Shown here: positions 15,618-30,209 of the stretch, piece after piece
Layout of the letters: the number at the start of each line of letters is the position of its first letter
How positions within the stretch are numbered: position 1 is the first letter of the stretch
Source: the human T2T-CHM13v2.0 reference genome, Homo sapiens
Strand: one strand, 5' to 3'
DNA: 64,000 bases
Assembly (NCBI RefSeq): GCF_009914755.1
Contig: NC_060929.1
The notes under the pieces: model-generated
What the model saw: the letters and a program-made list of their open reading frames with translations, nothing else
The model's database searches: none
What the model was told of the DNA's origin: nothing
Position numbers and translations under genes: made by a program

Positions 15618-15710
15618 CTGAATTTATTTTTTATCATGGGTGTAGGATAAGATTCTAGTTTTCTTTTTCCATCTTGGTAGTTCCAGCTGCATGTATTAAT
15701 TAGATCATCC

Positions 15711-16223
15711 TGTTACCAAGCAAAAGGGGCTCACTGCCTGATGTGCTAGAAGCCAATTCCATGACACTGGGTTTTTGAGAAAAGAAATGCTTTTATTATA
15801 AGTTAACAATTAGACAGGATTCCAGCTCAAATCTGTCTCCCTGTCCTGGCTTTAAGGCAGTAATTTTATTAGAAAAGGTTAGAGGGGTGGATTCCAGGAT
15901 GAGAGATGGTTGATGGAAGGAAAGAAGAGGTTTGGAAAGTCCTGGGGCATGTACAATAATCTCTTCATGCTACCTCTTGGATCCCATGTGCAAATTCAGG
16001 GGAGGGGTTAGCATGAAACATGCAGTGAAAATTCAGGCTGTGACATCATCAGCAGGCTCATTCTGTCCAAACTCCAGCTGGCCATATTGGTTCTAACAGA
16101 TTTCACTCAGTTCTTTTGCCTCATAAGCAGAGGCGTTTCAGTGTTTCAGCAAGTTGTTTCTTGACTGCCATCTTGTAAACTCTGTTAGGGATTGGTGTCT
16201 TTAATCTTTGGGGCACAGTTTCA
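15711..16223 (-). mobile_element. ERV1-class solo LTR
   Basis: TG...CA termini, minus-strand AATAAA, near-identical 4-bp flanks ATCC/GTCC. Family not determined. Confidence 0.7.
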
Positions 16224-16869
16224 GTCCTTTCCCTATTAATCTGAGATGAGATTTGTCATATACCACGTTCCCATATACGAATTAGAATATGAGCTAGAAT
16301 CAGGAATCTGGTGTGATGTGTACCCTCCTTCCACCAGCACGTGCATAAACACATACCTCTTATTCTTTTTCGTAATTTTCTTGGCTTTCTCGGCCTTTTA
16401 CTGTTTCATCTACATTTTAGAATGTGTGTTAGTTTCTACAGAAAACCATGTTTGGCTTTGATTGGAACAGCATGTAATTTATCAAGTAATTGGTGAAAGA
16501 GTTGACATATTTACAATATTGTCTTCCCACCATGAACAAGTAATCTCTCAATTTATTTTTGTCTTCTTTTTATGTCCTTTAAGTCTTAAAATTTTCTTCA
16601 CATAGTTCTCACATATTTTTATTGGTTTTTAAAATTAGATTTTTCTCCAGGTATAATTTTAATGTTACTGTGAATAGATTACTTTTTTAAAATGTTACAT
16701 TTATTACTTGGTGGAAATAATTTATTCATTCCATTGGGATCACACATTAGAAAATTTTAGCCCATCTTTGTCACACCATTCCCTTGGGGGCAGTTCAGCT
16801 GTGAGGGGAGCAGTTCTTCAGTCTGTCCTATGCATGCTCCAGGGAAACCACCAGGGTTCTACAGAGACA

Positions 16870-18080
16870 ATCATGGATTCCGTAAACGTAGCTCCAGAGT
16901 GTCAGGTGACAGACCACACAGAACAAACCCCCAATCCCTGCTTTTGCAGGGCTTATACTCTAGGGAGGGAACCAGACATTAAATAAACCCACAGGTAATA
17001 ATTGACATCATACTTCCCTGTGAAGAGAAGAGACATAATGCCATGAAAACCTACAAAAGGGGAACAATCTGGCACAGTCCAAGAAGGCTTCCCCAAGGCA
17101 GTGAAGTGAGCTAAGATCTGAAAGATGTATAGATGTCAATAGGCAAAAGTGTAGGAACAGCAGGTGCCAAGGCCCAATGGCAGGAAAGATGGTGGCTCAT
17201 TTGATAAAGTGGAAAAGGAAATTGGTGTCATAGGCCGCAAGGGGACATTAGGAGCAGTTGAGAAACAGGCAGGAACAAGATGGAGGCTCATAGCCCAAGT
17301 TAAGGATTTTGGTATTTGTCTTGTGAGTAATGGGAAGCTGTTGAAGGATATTAAGCAAAGGGATGATATCACATTTGCATTTTTAAGAAATCCCTTTGGC
17401 TTCTGTGTGGAGAGTGGTTTGGAAGGGGGCACAGGTACACATGGTGATTATGGAGAGAAATGAATGCATTTGAGATATTGGGAAGTAAAATCAACCAGAC
17501 TTGGTGATGGATTGGATATGGACATTGAGGAAGAAGGTAAGAGTCAGGGATGACTTCTGGGTTTCTGACTGGAACTGGGTGCCTGGTGGTGGTGTTTACA
17601 GAGGTTGGGAACAAGAGAAAGGAATCATGATTGGTTGAGAGAGAGAACAAACTGAGTTAGTTTGAGGTTTCAAAGTATCTATGAGACATTCAAGTGGAGC
17701 TGTCAGGTAAGCAATTGTATATAAACCTGAAGCTTGGAGGAGAGGTTGGGCTAGAGATGTCAATGTGGAGAGCCTTGGCATGTTGATGATCATTGAAACT
17801 GTGGCCGTGAGTAAGATCAACTTGGATGGAAATATGGAGGGAAAAGGAAAGATGGCAGTGTAGGGCTGAGCTTTAAGGAATTCTGGATGGATCTGCAAAG
17901 GAGTCAGAGAGAGAAAGCTAGGAGAATGGGATGTCCTGAGAGCTGAGTGAGGATGTATTGGGAAGAGAGGATTGATTAGTAACATCAAATGTTGCTGAGA
18001 GATTAGGTAAAGTGAGAACGCAAAAGTGTCTACACTGTTTTCACTGAGGAGGTGGACTTTTCTCCAGTTCTTGTTCTGTG
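16870..18080 (-). mobile_element. L2 element
   Basis: Purine-rich antisense L2 motifs: GACTTGGTGATGGATTGGATATG, GAGTCAGGGATGACT, GAGACATTCAAGTGGAG. Confidence 0.85.
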
Positions 18081-18769
18081 AAGGAAATCAACAGAAGGAA
18101 AGACAAGACTGCTTGGAACTAGAAGACAGGGCTCCTCAGGCCTGGAGAAAGGCAGACATGTGTGTAAGCATGGAACAGGCAAGCTCACAGGTGCAAAGAA
18201 CTAGCTGAGGCAGGAAGGCTAGGAACCTCCACTAAACTGGACAGAAGCATGCTAACAAAACATTGAGTTCCAAAAAGGTTAGACATCAAGTAAGGGAGTC
18301 AGGCTAATGTCACTCAGCTTTGAGCCTGAACAGAGGAGACATTGTTCCTCAAGAAGACTATGTCCTCTGCGGTAGCTGCTGGAGGGTCCAGCACATAGAT
18401 AACCAAACAGATGACCATCCATGCCCTGGGGAGGTCCTTCTGAACAGTAGCAACAGTCTAGATCTTTCATGACCACCATTACAGATTTTGCTAATATACA
18501 TCTTTTGAAAGGAAACTCTACATGCAACTCCAGTCTGGAAAATAGATACTATAGAATTGCTGTGGTTGAGGCAAAGAGGAACCACCCCCTACTTTTTATG
18601 AAAGCTTAGGGGCCTGAGGAATACATTTGAAAGCCCCTGGTCTTTGGGATTTTGCAGTGCATTTGGCCACAGGAGATTTGGGATGGTAGGTTTTGCCCTG
18701 GAATGTCATTCCAGGATACTGCCTTGCGAGCACAATCATCAGTGTGTTAACTGCTGGTGTATTCTATGA

Positions 18770-19940
18770 GGATCTGTGGATACTTTATTGCTGAGAAGTA
18801 TTCCATTGTATTAGAGGTACCCCAGTTATTCATTCACCTGTTGAAGGACCATTTGGGTTGTTTCTACCTCTGAGTGATTATGAATCCATCTGCTATAAAC
18901 ATTGACGTTCAGGTTTTTGTGTGAACCTAAGTTTTCATTTCTCTAAGCTGAATACCCAGGAGTGGAATTTCTGGATCATATGGTAGGCTTAAGAAACTGC
19001 TACTCTTTTCCAAAGTGGCTTTGGCATCGTGCGTTCCTATCAGTAATGAATGAGAGTTCCGGTGGCTCTGCATCTTTGCCAGTACTTGATATTGTCAGCA
19101 ATTTTTATTTTAGCCATTCTGATTGTATGTAGTGGCATCTCATTGTGGTTTTAATTTGTGTTTTCCTAATAGTTAGTGATGAAGTCATGTGCATATTTGC
19201 TCTCCGTATATCCTCTTTGGTGAAGTGTTTTTTCAAGTCTTTTATCCACTTTCAAATTGGGTTGTTTTCTTACTGTGGACTTTTGAGAGTTGTTATATAT
19301 TTTAGATACAAGTCCTCTGTTGGCTGTGATTTGCACATATTTTCTCTGCGTCTGTAGCCTATCTTTTCATCCCCTTAACCGTGTCTTCCATGGAGCAAAA
19401 GTTTTCATTGTGATTAAGTCCAGTTTATCAATTTTTTATTTTATCACGTTTTTGGTGTCAGTCTAAGGACTCTTTGTCTAACCCCAGGTCATGAAGATGC
19501 TTTTCTATGTTTTCTTTAAAATATTTTACAGTTTTATGTTTTTCATTGAGATCTATAATCCACTTGGGGTTAGTTTTTGTATAAAATGTGAGGTTTAAAA
19601 TAGCTGAGGGGTTTTGTGAGGTGTTCTGCATGCCATACCAATATTTTTCAAAATGCTTTCTCCAATGAATTGCCTTTGCTTATGTGTCAAACCAGTTAGC
19701 CATGTTCATGTGGGTCTATTATTGTCTTCTTCATTCCATTCCTTTGATCTATGTGTCTGTTTGCCAATACCATTAACCGGTTATCTTGACTACTGTAGCT
19801 TTATGTTAAATCTTCATTTTAGTCATTTTAGTTCTCTTTCCTTTCCATAAATTTTAGAATTTGTTTATCTTTATCTATTAAAAACTCCTGTTGGGATTTT
19901 TATTGAAATTGCATTAAATCTATAGATCATCATGGGGCCT
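18770..19940 (-). mobile_element. L1M fragment
   Basis: AGTATTCCATTGTA, TTTTAGCCATTCTGAT, GTGGTTTTAATTTG, GAAATTGCATTAAATCTATAGATCA. Confidence 0.85.
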
Positions 19941-20379
19941 AATGGGTATTTAAGTGGGATTGGTTGCTCACCCTTACATGCCATAACCTTTAATGATGGC
20001 AGGCAGCCTGCCCATTCATTTGCTGGGTTGTAATTATTCCACAGTTAAAGCCCCTAGTGTATGATTACATTGGTGTCTTTGGAAGTTGGCAGTAAATGAG
20101 GTATACTATTCATTAAATTGGGTAGGAACAGCCATTACAAGATGGCCAGTATGTTGAGGGACTTGTGGGCCGGGTTATGCTCTGAGTCAGGTCAGCCACC
20201 ATCATTCACAACCGTGGTCTTCCTGTGCCTCACTTCTGAGCAGGTCATGAGCAAGATCATACACTGTTTGCTGCCATTGGAAAATCCTCCCTCCCTCGAG
20301 GTCTTTACACCGTCATCACAGGGTCATAGAACTGTCATGTACTAGGCATGATTAGGTTTTTTCTCTAGATTTTCCTTAA

Positions 20380-20710
<331 letters not shown>

Positions 20711-20820
20711 AGCCTCATTCATAATTATTCCTCCAAAAGCTGCATTAGGGATATGTTCATGATATATGTCATGATATAATGAACTGCTTCCTCCTCCTAC
20801 TGTAGTAATGTCACCCATGA

Positions 20821-21147
<327 letters not shown>

Positions 21148-24100
21148 AGAAAAACATTTTGTCCTCTTCTCAAGTGTATTTTGGGGCTTCTCATACTTGT
21201 CAGCCCCTTCCTACGCTTTGATCTTGACAGTGACATCTTCCCCAGCTCACACCGTGGTCCTTTGGTCTATCTGAGGCAGTGGCATTACAAGACTCTAGCA
21301 GAAGAGTGGGTGCTGAGGAACTGCTTATGCACTCATCCTGTCCCGAGTACTCTTCCCCATTACTGCCCTTCAGTCCCCCACCAAATCTGGCTGGTGTCAA
21401 GATCAAAGTAAAACTGCTGTCTACTCTAAGCCAAATACAAAACAGTTTGTTTCTAAGGCTTGTCTTCCCCTCAGGGTGTGGAAGATTGCTTGCTAAAGTC
21501 TTGTGTAACAGAAAAGAGGACATTGCCCCCATAAACTATTTGAGATTCCCTTTTTTATTTCCGTCTCTCACCACTATGAGAAGCTCTTGGTTTTCTCCTC
21601 AGGTTTACAAAAATAAAGTGAATTATTTAAGTCTGACTTAAATTATTATCTGTACGTCTTTCATCTTTTATAAACTCATCTGGATAGAACCCATCCTGTC
21701 CACAACAAGCTATTGAGCCCCACAGTTACCTTGTGGCATTTCTGTGGATGTGCGCCTCCCTGCAGTCTTGTGGCTTGGATTGCTCACTGTATGATGTTTT
21801 GCAAGACCAAGCTTTGTACATGCACCTGGACCAGCAAACAGGAATGTACACGCTGCACCAGCACGGCAGGCACCTCGGTTCTTTAGCAGTGCTGTAAACA
21901 TAGACAATGGCCTAGAAAATTATGAAAAATAGCATTTGAAATGTACTATATGATCTCACTATTTAAGAAACGCCACGATGAAACTTTCCTCTCTGTAAAT
22001 TGAGAGCTTGTATTTTTGACCTGTCTTAAATGATATTAACTTTGTTCTCATTACAACATTTTCCTGTGTTATCTAAGGCAGTAGCTGTACAACTCTGTCT
22101 TCCTTCCCATCCTGTAGGAGAGGAAGCAGAGGCTCAGAGAGGTCAAGTGTCTTACTTGAAATCATCCAGCTCTGGAAGAACAGAGCCAGGACCTCGGCTC
22201 AGGTCTGCCCAACTCCCAAGTTGGTGGCAGGGACATGGGGAAAGTGGGCCCTGGTTTTAACCTCTTCTTTTGTTGGTCATAGTTTTTTAAAAGCTCTCAT
22301 TTTCTCTATTTTATTTAAATGGGGTGATAACCTTCTTGTAGAGTAACATGGTCTTTACTGGAAAATGCCAAGCACTTCTGGATCTCCAGCCACTTGCCCA
22401 GGAATTGTCAGCATCCAGCACTGGAGCTGAGTTACACACGAGGGAGGATGACATGCACCCAGGAGTTCCCTCACACATGCCTTGCTCAGGCTCCTCAGCA
22501 GCCACTCCTTCTCCCGCACCCTCATGTGGAAAGTGGAAGTGTGGCGGGTGGTGGCTGAGGGGCATTCACTCGGATGTTGTGACTGTGGACAGAGTTCACT
22601 CCATATCTCAATTGACTGTTGGACCAGGTCATTCTGAGGCGATGGGCCCTGACTCTCCTTGGGACACTCTGAACAAGGAGAAACCTAGATCTGGACCTAA
22701 CACACAGATCTTGGATTTAGAAGGAGAACTGGGGCACAGAGAATAGGGAGGCCTTTCATTCCCTTGATGCATAGCCACATTTCAGGTCACATGCAGCCAA
22801 GATGCTGTCTGATTTGAGGCGAGCCTGATCTTGTGCAGTGAGCACTGGGCCAGAAGGCAGGAGGGTGTGGTGACAGGCCAGGACCTGCCTCTAATTCACT
22901 ATGTGACCTCAGTCAACTTCTTTCCCTTCTTTGAACTCAGCATCCTCTTACCAAAAAAGGACTGGCCAAGGTGGTCCCCAAGGCAGTTCAGACTGTAGTC
23001 CTGGCATCTGGGAAGTTCTCAATTGTCTCTATCTACAGTCAACCCTGTCCTGGTAGCCTAGCAGGTCTTGCCCAAGGATGAGACCACAGGCAGTGCTGGT
23101 GGTGCAGCCTTGTCAGGCTGGTCCAGCATGTCCATATCTACTAGATAGATTTTGTTGTTTTTCCAAAAATTGTGTTATTGGGTCTACTGTTCACAGGACT
23201 GATTGGGGGTGAATGAGATGACTCATTCACCTGGGGTTCCCTGGGCTTCATCAGTTTCTCAGAAGGCTTGGTCTTGGCCCTGGGATAGCTGCTTGGTTTT
23301 GTCCAGGGGCAGCCTCCCTCCCAGGATGCCACTTCAGGATGGTGGCAAATGCACTTCTGAAGACCTACAAGCAAGGACCCATCCACAGCTCGGCAAGCCC
23401 TCACCCTTTCCAGACCAATCCATGTAAACGCCCGCACCTGTCTGGAGAGCAATGGCAACCTGAATGCTTGTTGGGTTGGGTTGCAGTCAGGTGAGACACA
23501 GGTTGGTGGGTGAGTTGGTTGGCCAGCTCCTGGTCTACTTCACCTTGGAGTGGGTATCTTGGGACTAAGCTTCACAGAAAAGCCAGGCCAGAGCTGAAGC
23601 TGCAGGAAAAGGAGGCAGGAGGAGTAGGGCAGGAAGAGAGGCTCGGGAGGCCCAGGGAAGGCTCTGAGCTTAGTAGGCAAAGGCAGCTGCTGTTGTGGAG
23701 CCTGGGCCAAGGCTGTGCTGATTCTGTCAGCTCCATATCCATCTCCCTGTATAAGAAGGGGAAAATGGAAGAGGTTCCTACCTTCTCCTATCTTACCCTT
23801 CAAACAGTCTGATGAAAACTACAGACCCTTGATTGCCTCTGCCCAGATATTCCCTGGAAGGACAGAAGCTGGGCTGGTCCCTCTGCTGTTCCTGGTCATC
23901 CTTCGCCCTATCACTCTCCCACTCAGCACACGGACCTGGTATTTACTCACTGGCCTTGAACAGAGGCACAGTGGCATTGCCTTTAGGACATTTTGTTCTC
24001 ATCAGTGTAGCCCCTTTGCACTGGGTAGTAAACGATGCCACTGCACTTGCACATCCAAGGAAAGCTGAACTGAAACCATAGCAAGTTGAGTCTTCTCTCT

Positions 24101-25477
24101 CTCTGCCCCTGCAGGAGCCGTCTCATGGCTGTCTTGACGTTTTTACTTATTGGGAAAATGCTTAAAGATTTTCCCTTCCCTTCCTACCTCTGCATCTGAG
24201 CAGTAAAGGGCTATTGTGGATCCTCTGAAACCTCCCGGAAGGCTGGTTGGCCTCCTTCTGTCGGTCTAGATGCCCAATGCGGGGCAAGGGCAGTTGAGCA
24301 GACTACAGGTCCTCCTGCCCCTGGCAAAGCCATCATCTCCCCTGGTGGCACTTTTTGGAAGGTGTGGTGATTGTAGTTGTCTTAGCAGTTGAGGGCCAGC
24401 CCTGGGTGCCCATCGCTGGTCTGGGTGATAAGGGGCCACGGTGCTGCTTCCTCACTCCTGGAGCAAGAAGGCTGCAGGCATCAGAACCCTCTGGGAGGCT
24501 CTGGTCTTTCTGTTTGCCTTTCCCGCCTAGCTCTCTTGGGTTGGGACTGGTACAGACACTTGCAAAAACAAGAAGGACCTAATAAGGCTCAATTACCACA
24601 TCAAGGCACTCGATTCATCATTTACAAAGTCCCAGCCATGCAGATGAAGGTTTCAGATGCCAGAATGGGGCTGAGAATTGGAGCCTTCACCTGAGAAGGC
24701 CTATACTCACACTTCCTGCAGGTCATCCCTGCCCTGACCTCTATGGAAACTGGAGCCCCACTTGCCCATTGCCTACCCAGAACCAGGTTTCTGAGTAGCC
24801 CATGTGAATATCATCTCTGGGAATGTACAATACAGTAGTCCTAGATCCTGGGACCAAGGGGACTACTGGTTGGTGTGTCTGGTGGCCAAAGTGGCAGTGG
24901 GCACTGGTGGCCCTGGAGAAGACCCCAGGGCTTGTTGGACAGGCCTGGCATCGTCCATCTATCTTTTCTGCTTCCAGCTTGAAGGCAAGAAGGTGGGAGG
25001 TGCCCCTGCCAGAAACTGCTCAGCTCTTCCCAAAGCTGCTGCGCACCTGAGACCCAGGGCTTCCTGGGCCTTTCTGACCTAGCCTGGGCTCCTGGGCCAC
25101 ATCTGTGTGCTCACGCACCTCTCCCTGCACGTTCCCCACCCCACACTTGTGTTTGCATCCATGTGGCAAAGCTCTGGGTGCCTGCCCCTCTGCAGGCCCC
25201 ACATCAGACTGGGGCTGAGAATACTGAGGGTTGATTCAAAGGGCTGACTGCGGGCAAGAGAGGCAAGCCAGTGCAGGGTCCCCTGGACCTGACCCCCACT
25301 CCACCTGTAGTCCCCTAGGAATAGTCCCTTCTTCTCTGGGGCCGGTTGAATAGGGTGGTCTGAGACACTAGATAGCGAATGAGGGATGAGCCTTTTGGCG
25401 CTGATGCTTATGGAAGGAAACCAGTCCTTAAGACCCTGCCCGCGTCAGGAGCTGGAACCCAGCTCCGGTCCCTAGAC

Positions 25478-25496
25478 TGGCCACAGGGGGGCACTT
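25478..25496 (+). promoter_or_regulatory. Candidate CTCF site
   Basis: TGGCCACAGGGGGGCACTT versus consensus TGGCCACCAGGGGGCGCTA. Motif match only. Confidence 0.5.
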
Positions 25497-28400
25497 GATC
25501 TCCAAGAAGCAGCTCAATCTGAGCAGCCACAGCAGGCACCAGAACCTCTTCCCAGGTTGGGCACTGACTGCTACCAACGTGCCCAGAAAGGTGGTGCCTG
25601 TTACCATCCCAGCACCCCCCCACTGCTCTTTTAACCCCTCTCCCTTTTTTCCGTCTTTTTAAAAAGGTTTATATTTTTAAATAGCATTCCAATTACAGAA
25701 ATTGAGAGAAGAGTTGCCGAGATGGTAGTTTCTGTAAACAGTTTAACATCTTATGTAACCATAGTTCTGCCTGCTTTTTGTCTTCTGCTTGGCTGTAGAG
25801 GAGGCAGTTGCCAGGATGGCCCATCTCTGGTTGTGGAACACCTGGGTTGGGGCCACCTCTGCCACAGCTCCTGCTGGGTGACTCGCACTGCCAGCTAAGC
25901 CTCAGTGCACAGAGGGCCCCGGGCTTCAAGTACTGAGTGGCCCAGGACCCAGGTAGCATGGGGTGCCAGCCAGGATAGTGCACGAGTTCTCAGGCAGAGT
26001 CCCCCATTGGGAAGTGGGGAGTGACGGGGATGGTAGCAGAGCAGAATGCCAGGAATGGTGAGGCCCTGGGGTGGGTGGGGATCCTGGGGCAGAGACTAGG
26101 CTGTGCAGCTCAGTGCACCCTCTGGAGATGCAGTACCCTGAACCCTGCACCTAGAAGATGCAGTTGTAAAATTTCTGGGCCCCACCGCAGGTGCTCTGAA
26201 GAACTGTGAGGGCTGCCTTGGGGGTTTCTCCTGCGCTAGTCATCCCTGCTTTGGGCGACTGAAGCAAGGAAAACGCAGGTCACTCCCACCTCCAGACCCA
26301 CGCTACTCCCCATTGCCCATCCTCCCAACAGCCCAGGAGCAGAGATTCTGTCCTCAGCTAAAGGTGAAAAGGTCCTAAGGCTTTTGGGAAACTTGGTGCT
26401 CCAGGAAATAAGTGACTCGGGTTTCTAAGTTATGTGTGGGCACTCAACGCCCCTGTCATGGCTGTCACAGCCCTCTGGTTTGAAGTCCTCCATTTTGTAG
26501 CTGCTGTTTCTAACCTCTGTCAGCACTGCCTGGGAGTAATGAGTTCAAAGTCCCTAGTTCCCCACGTTTCCAAGTATGTTATGTGAAAGCCCTGGCAAGA
26601 ACGAACCTGATTAAACTGGAGGAAAAAGGTGGAGCAAGCAAGACTAGGACGTTTTTGTTTCCCCAGTTAAGCTGCCTGAGGTTCAGGGGCTCTGACAGGT
26701 GAGAAAGGCATGGCCACCGCCTCAGCCCTGTCTCTGGAGGCTGGGGAGAAGGGGAAGCAGTGAGGAGACTGACTGATGTCCTGATGCCCATGCCCCACAC
26801 GGCGGTCATGAAGACTGAGTGGCCCCATGTCCAGAAAGCCCTCAGCACAGGGCCTGGCACTTGTGAATACCTCAATAAATGGTAACTTAAGAGAGCCTGT
26901 GAGGCCCCTCCCACTGCAGCCAGCCTCCAGCTGAGTCTCTGGCCTGAAGCCCAGGGATGGCCTGCACATGAATCAAGCAGGCTATTTCCAGAGCTGGCAG
27001 GGGAGGGGCTTTCTGTCCCAGGGGCAGGCGAGCCAATCCTGTGACAGGGAGAGCACAGGGAAGGGGTTATTCAAGGGGATCTGCATGCCATTGTATTCTG
27101 GTTTCCCTGTCCAGAGCTGCCCATGCAGGATCCCGGGGTGGGCAGGCCATCCAGGCAGATGGAAGGGACACTCTGCCTGGGGCTTTCCTGCTGCAGTGAC
27201 CCCAGGGCCTGGGGTGGCCAGGCTTCAGTGGGTAGGGTAGGCTCTGGCTGGATGTGAGAGATGACTTTGCTGTAGCCCCAGTCACCTCTGTTCTCTTTCT
27301 GATCCCTTTTCTATCCCAGTTGGGTATGAGCAAGCCTGGCTTGCCAGAGGCTTTAGAGCCATAAAGGCCTGGGTTCGGATTCTGCCCTTGCCTCTGCCTC
27401 GTCACATGTGCTTGAACGAGAGACTTAAGCTCTCTAAGCCTCGAATTCCTTGCCTGTGAAGTGGGAATGATGGTAGTATCTACCTCAGGGTTGCTGTGAA
27501 GACGAAATCAGGTACTTGACCTTAGGAGGCCTCAGAATAAATGAGCCATTCATCCTCTCCCTCTGAGCAGGCTTTCCTGGTGAAGGGCATCTAGACCCAG
27601 ACCTGTGCTGCTGAGTGGAGCCAAATGCAAGTGGACTAGGATTAAACCTGTGCCATAGGAGAAGGAAAAGGAACATGTCCGTGCAGTAGAGGGCAGCTGA
27701 TACAACGGGAGGACCTGGAAAATCTCCCTACTAACCCACTCAGCGTGCCCTGTAATAGCAATGACACCAGGCTCCAGAGAGAGGCGCTGCCGAGAGAGGT
27801 CTAAAAACAGATACAAAACACAAGAAAACTGAAAGAAAACCCCTAAAGGACTGGCTTAATTGATAACATTCATGCATTCATGAACTTTGGAAAAGTGAAA
27901 TGCTTACTGCTTATGAGTTTGATGACAGTGGTTGTTTTGAGATTTTCAGTGGCCACAGATTGACTAGCAGCCATTTAAAATATGTCCTTATGGGAAGAGA
28001 AGCTAATGCCGCAAATCAGCTAACAAGTAGTGGGTAGTTGGGGTCCTTCTTGACCTATGGATTTGTTTAGCACTCAGATCTCTCGATAGAGCACTTGGCC
28101 ATGACAGGGCTCAGGTTTCCAGCTCCATTTGGAGGAAAAGTGAGCATGCTAGGCTCAGGAAGACACCACACAGGCTCCAGCCGCCCCATCCCACTCAGCC
28201 AGGTTTTCATCCCTGCCTTCCTTCATCGTTTATGTCAAGGTATAGAGGTTGGGGGCACATTCTGAAATTGTGTATTGCCCAGGAATGAAAAACCAGGGCT
28301 CTTGATTATTCTTTAAGGGTTTAAAGCCCCCCTTTAAAAGGAGATTTTAATTCCCTTTCCTCTGTTATTCTTGGGTGATGGGTCAGCTGTATCCCAAGAA

Positions 28401-28746
28401 ATGACCCCCAGTTCCCCTCCAGGGGGGAAGACATGCTACCTGGTTTACAAACCAAGTAGGGTTGGCCAACTCTGGTTGCCTTGGCATGGGGCCATTCTGC
28501 AAGTTCTCTAGTACTTGTCCCTGTGAGGGTGAGGGCGTCCTGAGTCTGGAGTGGCAGGAGGGAGAAAGCAGCTGAGCTGAGCCACCCTCCTTCCATTCAG
28601 CAGCAGCAATGGCAGGAACACGGTTTCACCAGTCTGCTCAATAGTTTTCCCCTGGTGTAGCCTTCCTGTGGTCCTGGGAGGCTAACTTTGCAGGGCCTGG
28701 GGTTTGCACCAGTCCATTCTCACCCTCTTCCCTCTTCTCCCTCCAG

Positions 28747-28853
28747 TGTATGTGGTAGAAGACCAAAGAAGAGATGAGCTAGGACCATCCACCTGCCTCA
28801 CAGCCTGCTGGACGGCTCTCTGTTGCTGCTGTCTCTGGGACATGCTCACCTGA
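28747..28853 (+). CDS. CYSTM1: CYSTM1 canonical terminal coding exon (C-terminal CYSTM Cys-rich module)
   Basis: Pyrimidine tract + CAG (AG 28745-46), then phase-1 reading (V)YVVEDQRRDELGPSTCLTACWTALCCCCLWDMLT-TGA. Matches the recalled human CYSTM1 C-terminus. Upstream exons lie outside the window. Confidence 0.96.
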
Positions 28854-29232
28854 CCAGACCAGCCCAGCCGTCCTGTCCTGCCAGCTCTGCTGCCACCTCT
28901 GACAGGTGTGCCTGCCCCCATCTCTTCTGATTGCTGTTAACAAATGACTAGCTTTGCACAGACACCTCTACCTTCAGCACTATGGGATTCTAGATTAATG
29001 GGGGTTGCTACTGTTTAATTCAGTGACTTGATCTTTTTAATGTCCAAAATCCATTTCTTATTGATCTTTAAAGATGTGCTAAATGACTTTTTTGGCCAAA
29101 GGCTTAGTTGTGAAAAATATAATTTTTAAATTATACATTCAAGGTAGTGGCCAAATGTAACACATCAATCATGGAATGATTTCTCTGCTAACAGCCGCCT
29201 GTATGTTTCAATAAATTTGTCCAAAGCTCAAC
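28854..29232 (+). other. CYSTM1: CYSTM1 3' UTR (canonical last exon)
   Basis: Runs from the stop codon to about 15-20 nt past AATAAA at 29210. The end is approximate. Confidence 0.8.
29210..29215 (+). terminator. CYSTM1: CYSTM1 polyadenylation signal AATAAA
   Basis: First AATAAA downstream of the stop codon, followed by TG/T-rich sequence. Confidence 0.8.
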
Positions 29233-29693
29233 TGTCTGTCTAAATGATTCCAGGCCTAAGCTAAGCTACCTGGAGTCTGTGCTTGTCTCCTGGACTGTTA
29301 CCATGTCTAACTAACTACTCATCTGCTCACTGAGGCTTATAAAATGTGGGTATCTATCTCAGCTAGTGGCCACCATCCAATGTATGACCAGCAGCCAATC
29401 TACCTTTTTATTCTGGTGGTGATGCAAACAGTGAGGGTGCTACAAAGAAGGCCAGTTCTGAGGGCCAGGTGTTCTCCAGCTGGGTCATGGGCTCCCGGCC
29501 AAGCTACTCTCCCCGTAGTCCCACTCAGAGATAGGCTCAGGGAGGAGCATTTGCCACATCTTGCACCTGCCTTTACCCAGAGCCTAGGAAAGGGCCTTTT
29601 GGTAACCAGGGGCTGCCCCTGGAGTGGCTTCCAGGCCTGCTCCCTGGAAACCCAGGAACCTACAATTACATGGGGCCAGCCAAGAGGTTTTCC

Positions 29694-30102
<409 letters not shown>

Positions 30103-30209
30103 TAGCAGCAAGTCCGATTTTCCTCCATCAGCTGGCCCGCCCAGCCCAGCCAGCCCGAGAAGCCGCAGCTGACAGCTAGCTCCCTGCCGACTCTGCCTTC
30201 CCTCCGAAG

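Noticed and set aside
24090-24145. Strong-looking acceptor (AG 24113-14) as a third CYSTM1 last exon
   Set aside because: The phase-1 reading gives AVSWLS* with no CYSTM homology. No further copy of the Cys module was found by eye.
24960-24998. Acceptor (AG 24976-77) with a possible 15-nt micro-exon
   Set aside because: There is an immediate stop in the CYSTM1 phase and the GTGGGA donor is weak. No other support.
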